A stretch of 64,000 bases of DNA from Felis catus (Eukaryota). The notes beneath the pieces are model-generated. The model was not told the origin of the DNA. It did not search any database and saw only the letters and a program-made list of their open reading frames with translations. Position 1 is the stretch's first letter. Each line of letters begins with the position of its first letter. Location of the stretch: contig NC_058368.1 in NCBI RefSeq assembly GCF_018350175.1, forward strand, positions 55,368,001 through 55,432,000, written 5' to 3'. A program made the translations under genes and the position numbers. Positions 63,896-64,000 of the stretch are shown piece after piece.

Positions 63896-64000
63896 TTTTT
63901 ATTATTTTTTCAAATGTTTATTTATTTTGGAGAGAGAGAGAGAGAGAAAGGGAGAGAGAAAGAGCATGAATGGGTCAGGGGCAGAGAGAGAGAGGGAGAG
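63896..64000 (-). mobile_element. CAN-SINE, cut by window end
   Basis: Poly(T), atgtttatttatttt and (GA)n tail end. Confidence 0.9.

Overview
AT-rich mammalian non-coding DNA from a cat-family carnivore, judged from about 29 tRNA-derived CAN-SINEs of feline (SINEC_Fc-like) type. The rest of the recognisable sequence is LINE-1 fragments of several ages, L2/MIR relics, MaLR and ERV1-type solo LTRs, two decayed ERV-L internal regions, Tigger and hAT DNA-transposon remnants, and microsatellites. I cannot support any protein-coding gene, RNA gene or CRISPR array. The ORF track consists of repeat-derived or chance ORFs. Three possible + strand splice-site-bounded segments (161-218, 7319-7329, 14532-14863) are flagged at low confidence only. 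I found no convincing new biological system. The notable observations are retrotransposition and mutation mechanisms visible in the sequence: a promoter-bearing, 3'-truncated L1 enclosed by a perfect 18-bp direct repeat; one target site hit twice (triplicated TSD); a 5'-inverted L1; a cluster of solo LTRs with nesting; template-switch scars in SINEs; and an AT-rich palindrome. Family names were assigned by eye from remembered consensus motifs and need RepeatMasker/Dfam confirmation. Boundaries without TSDs are approximate.
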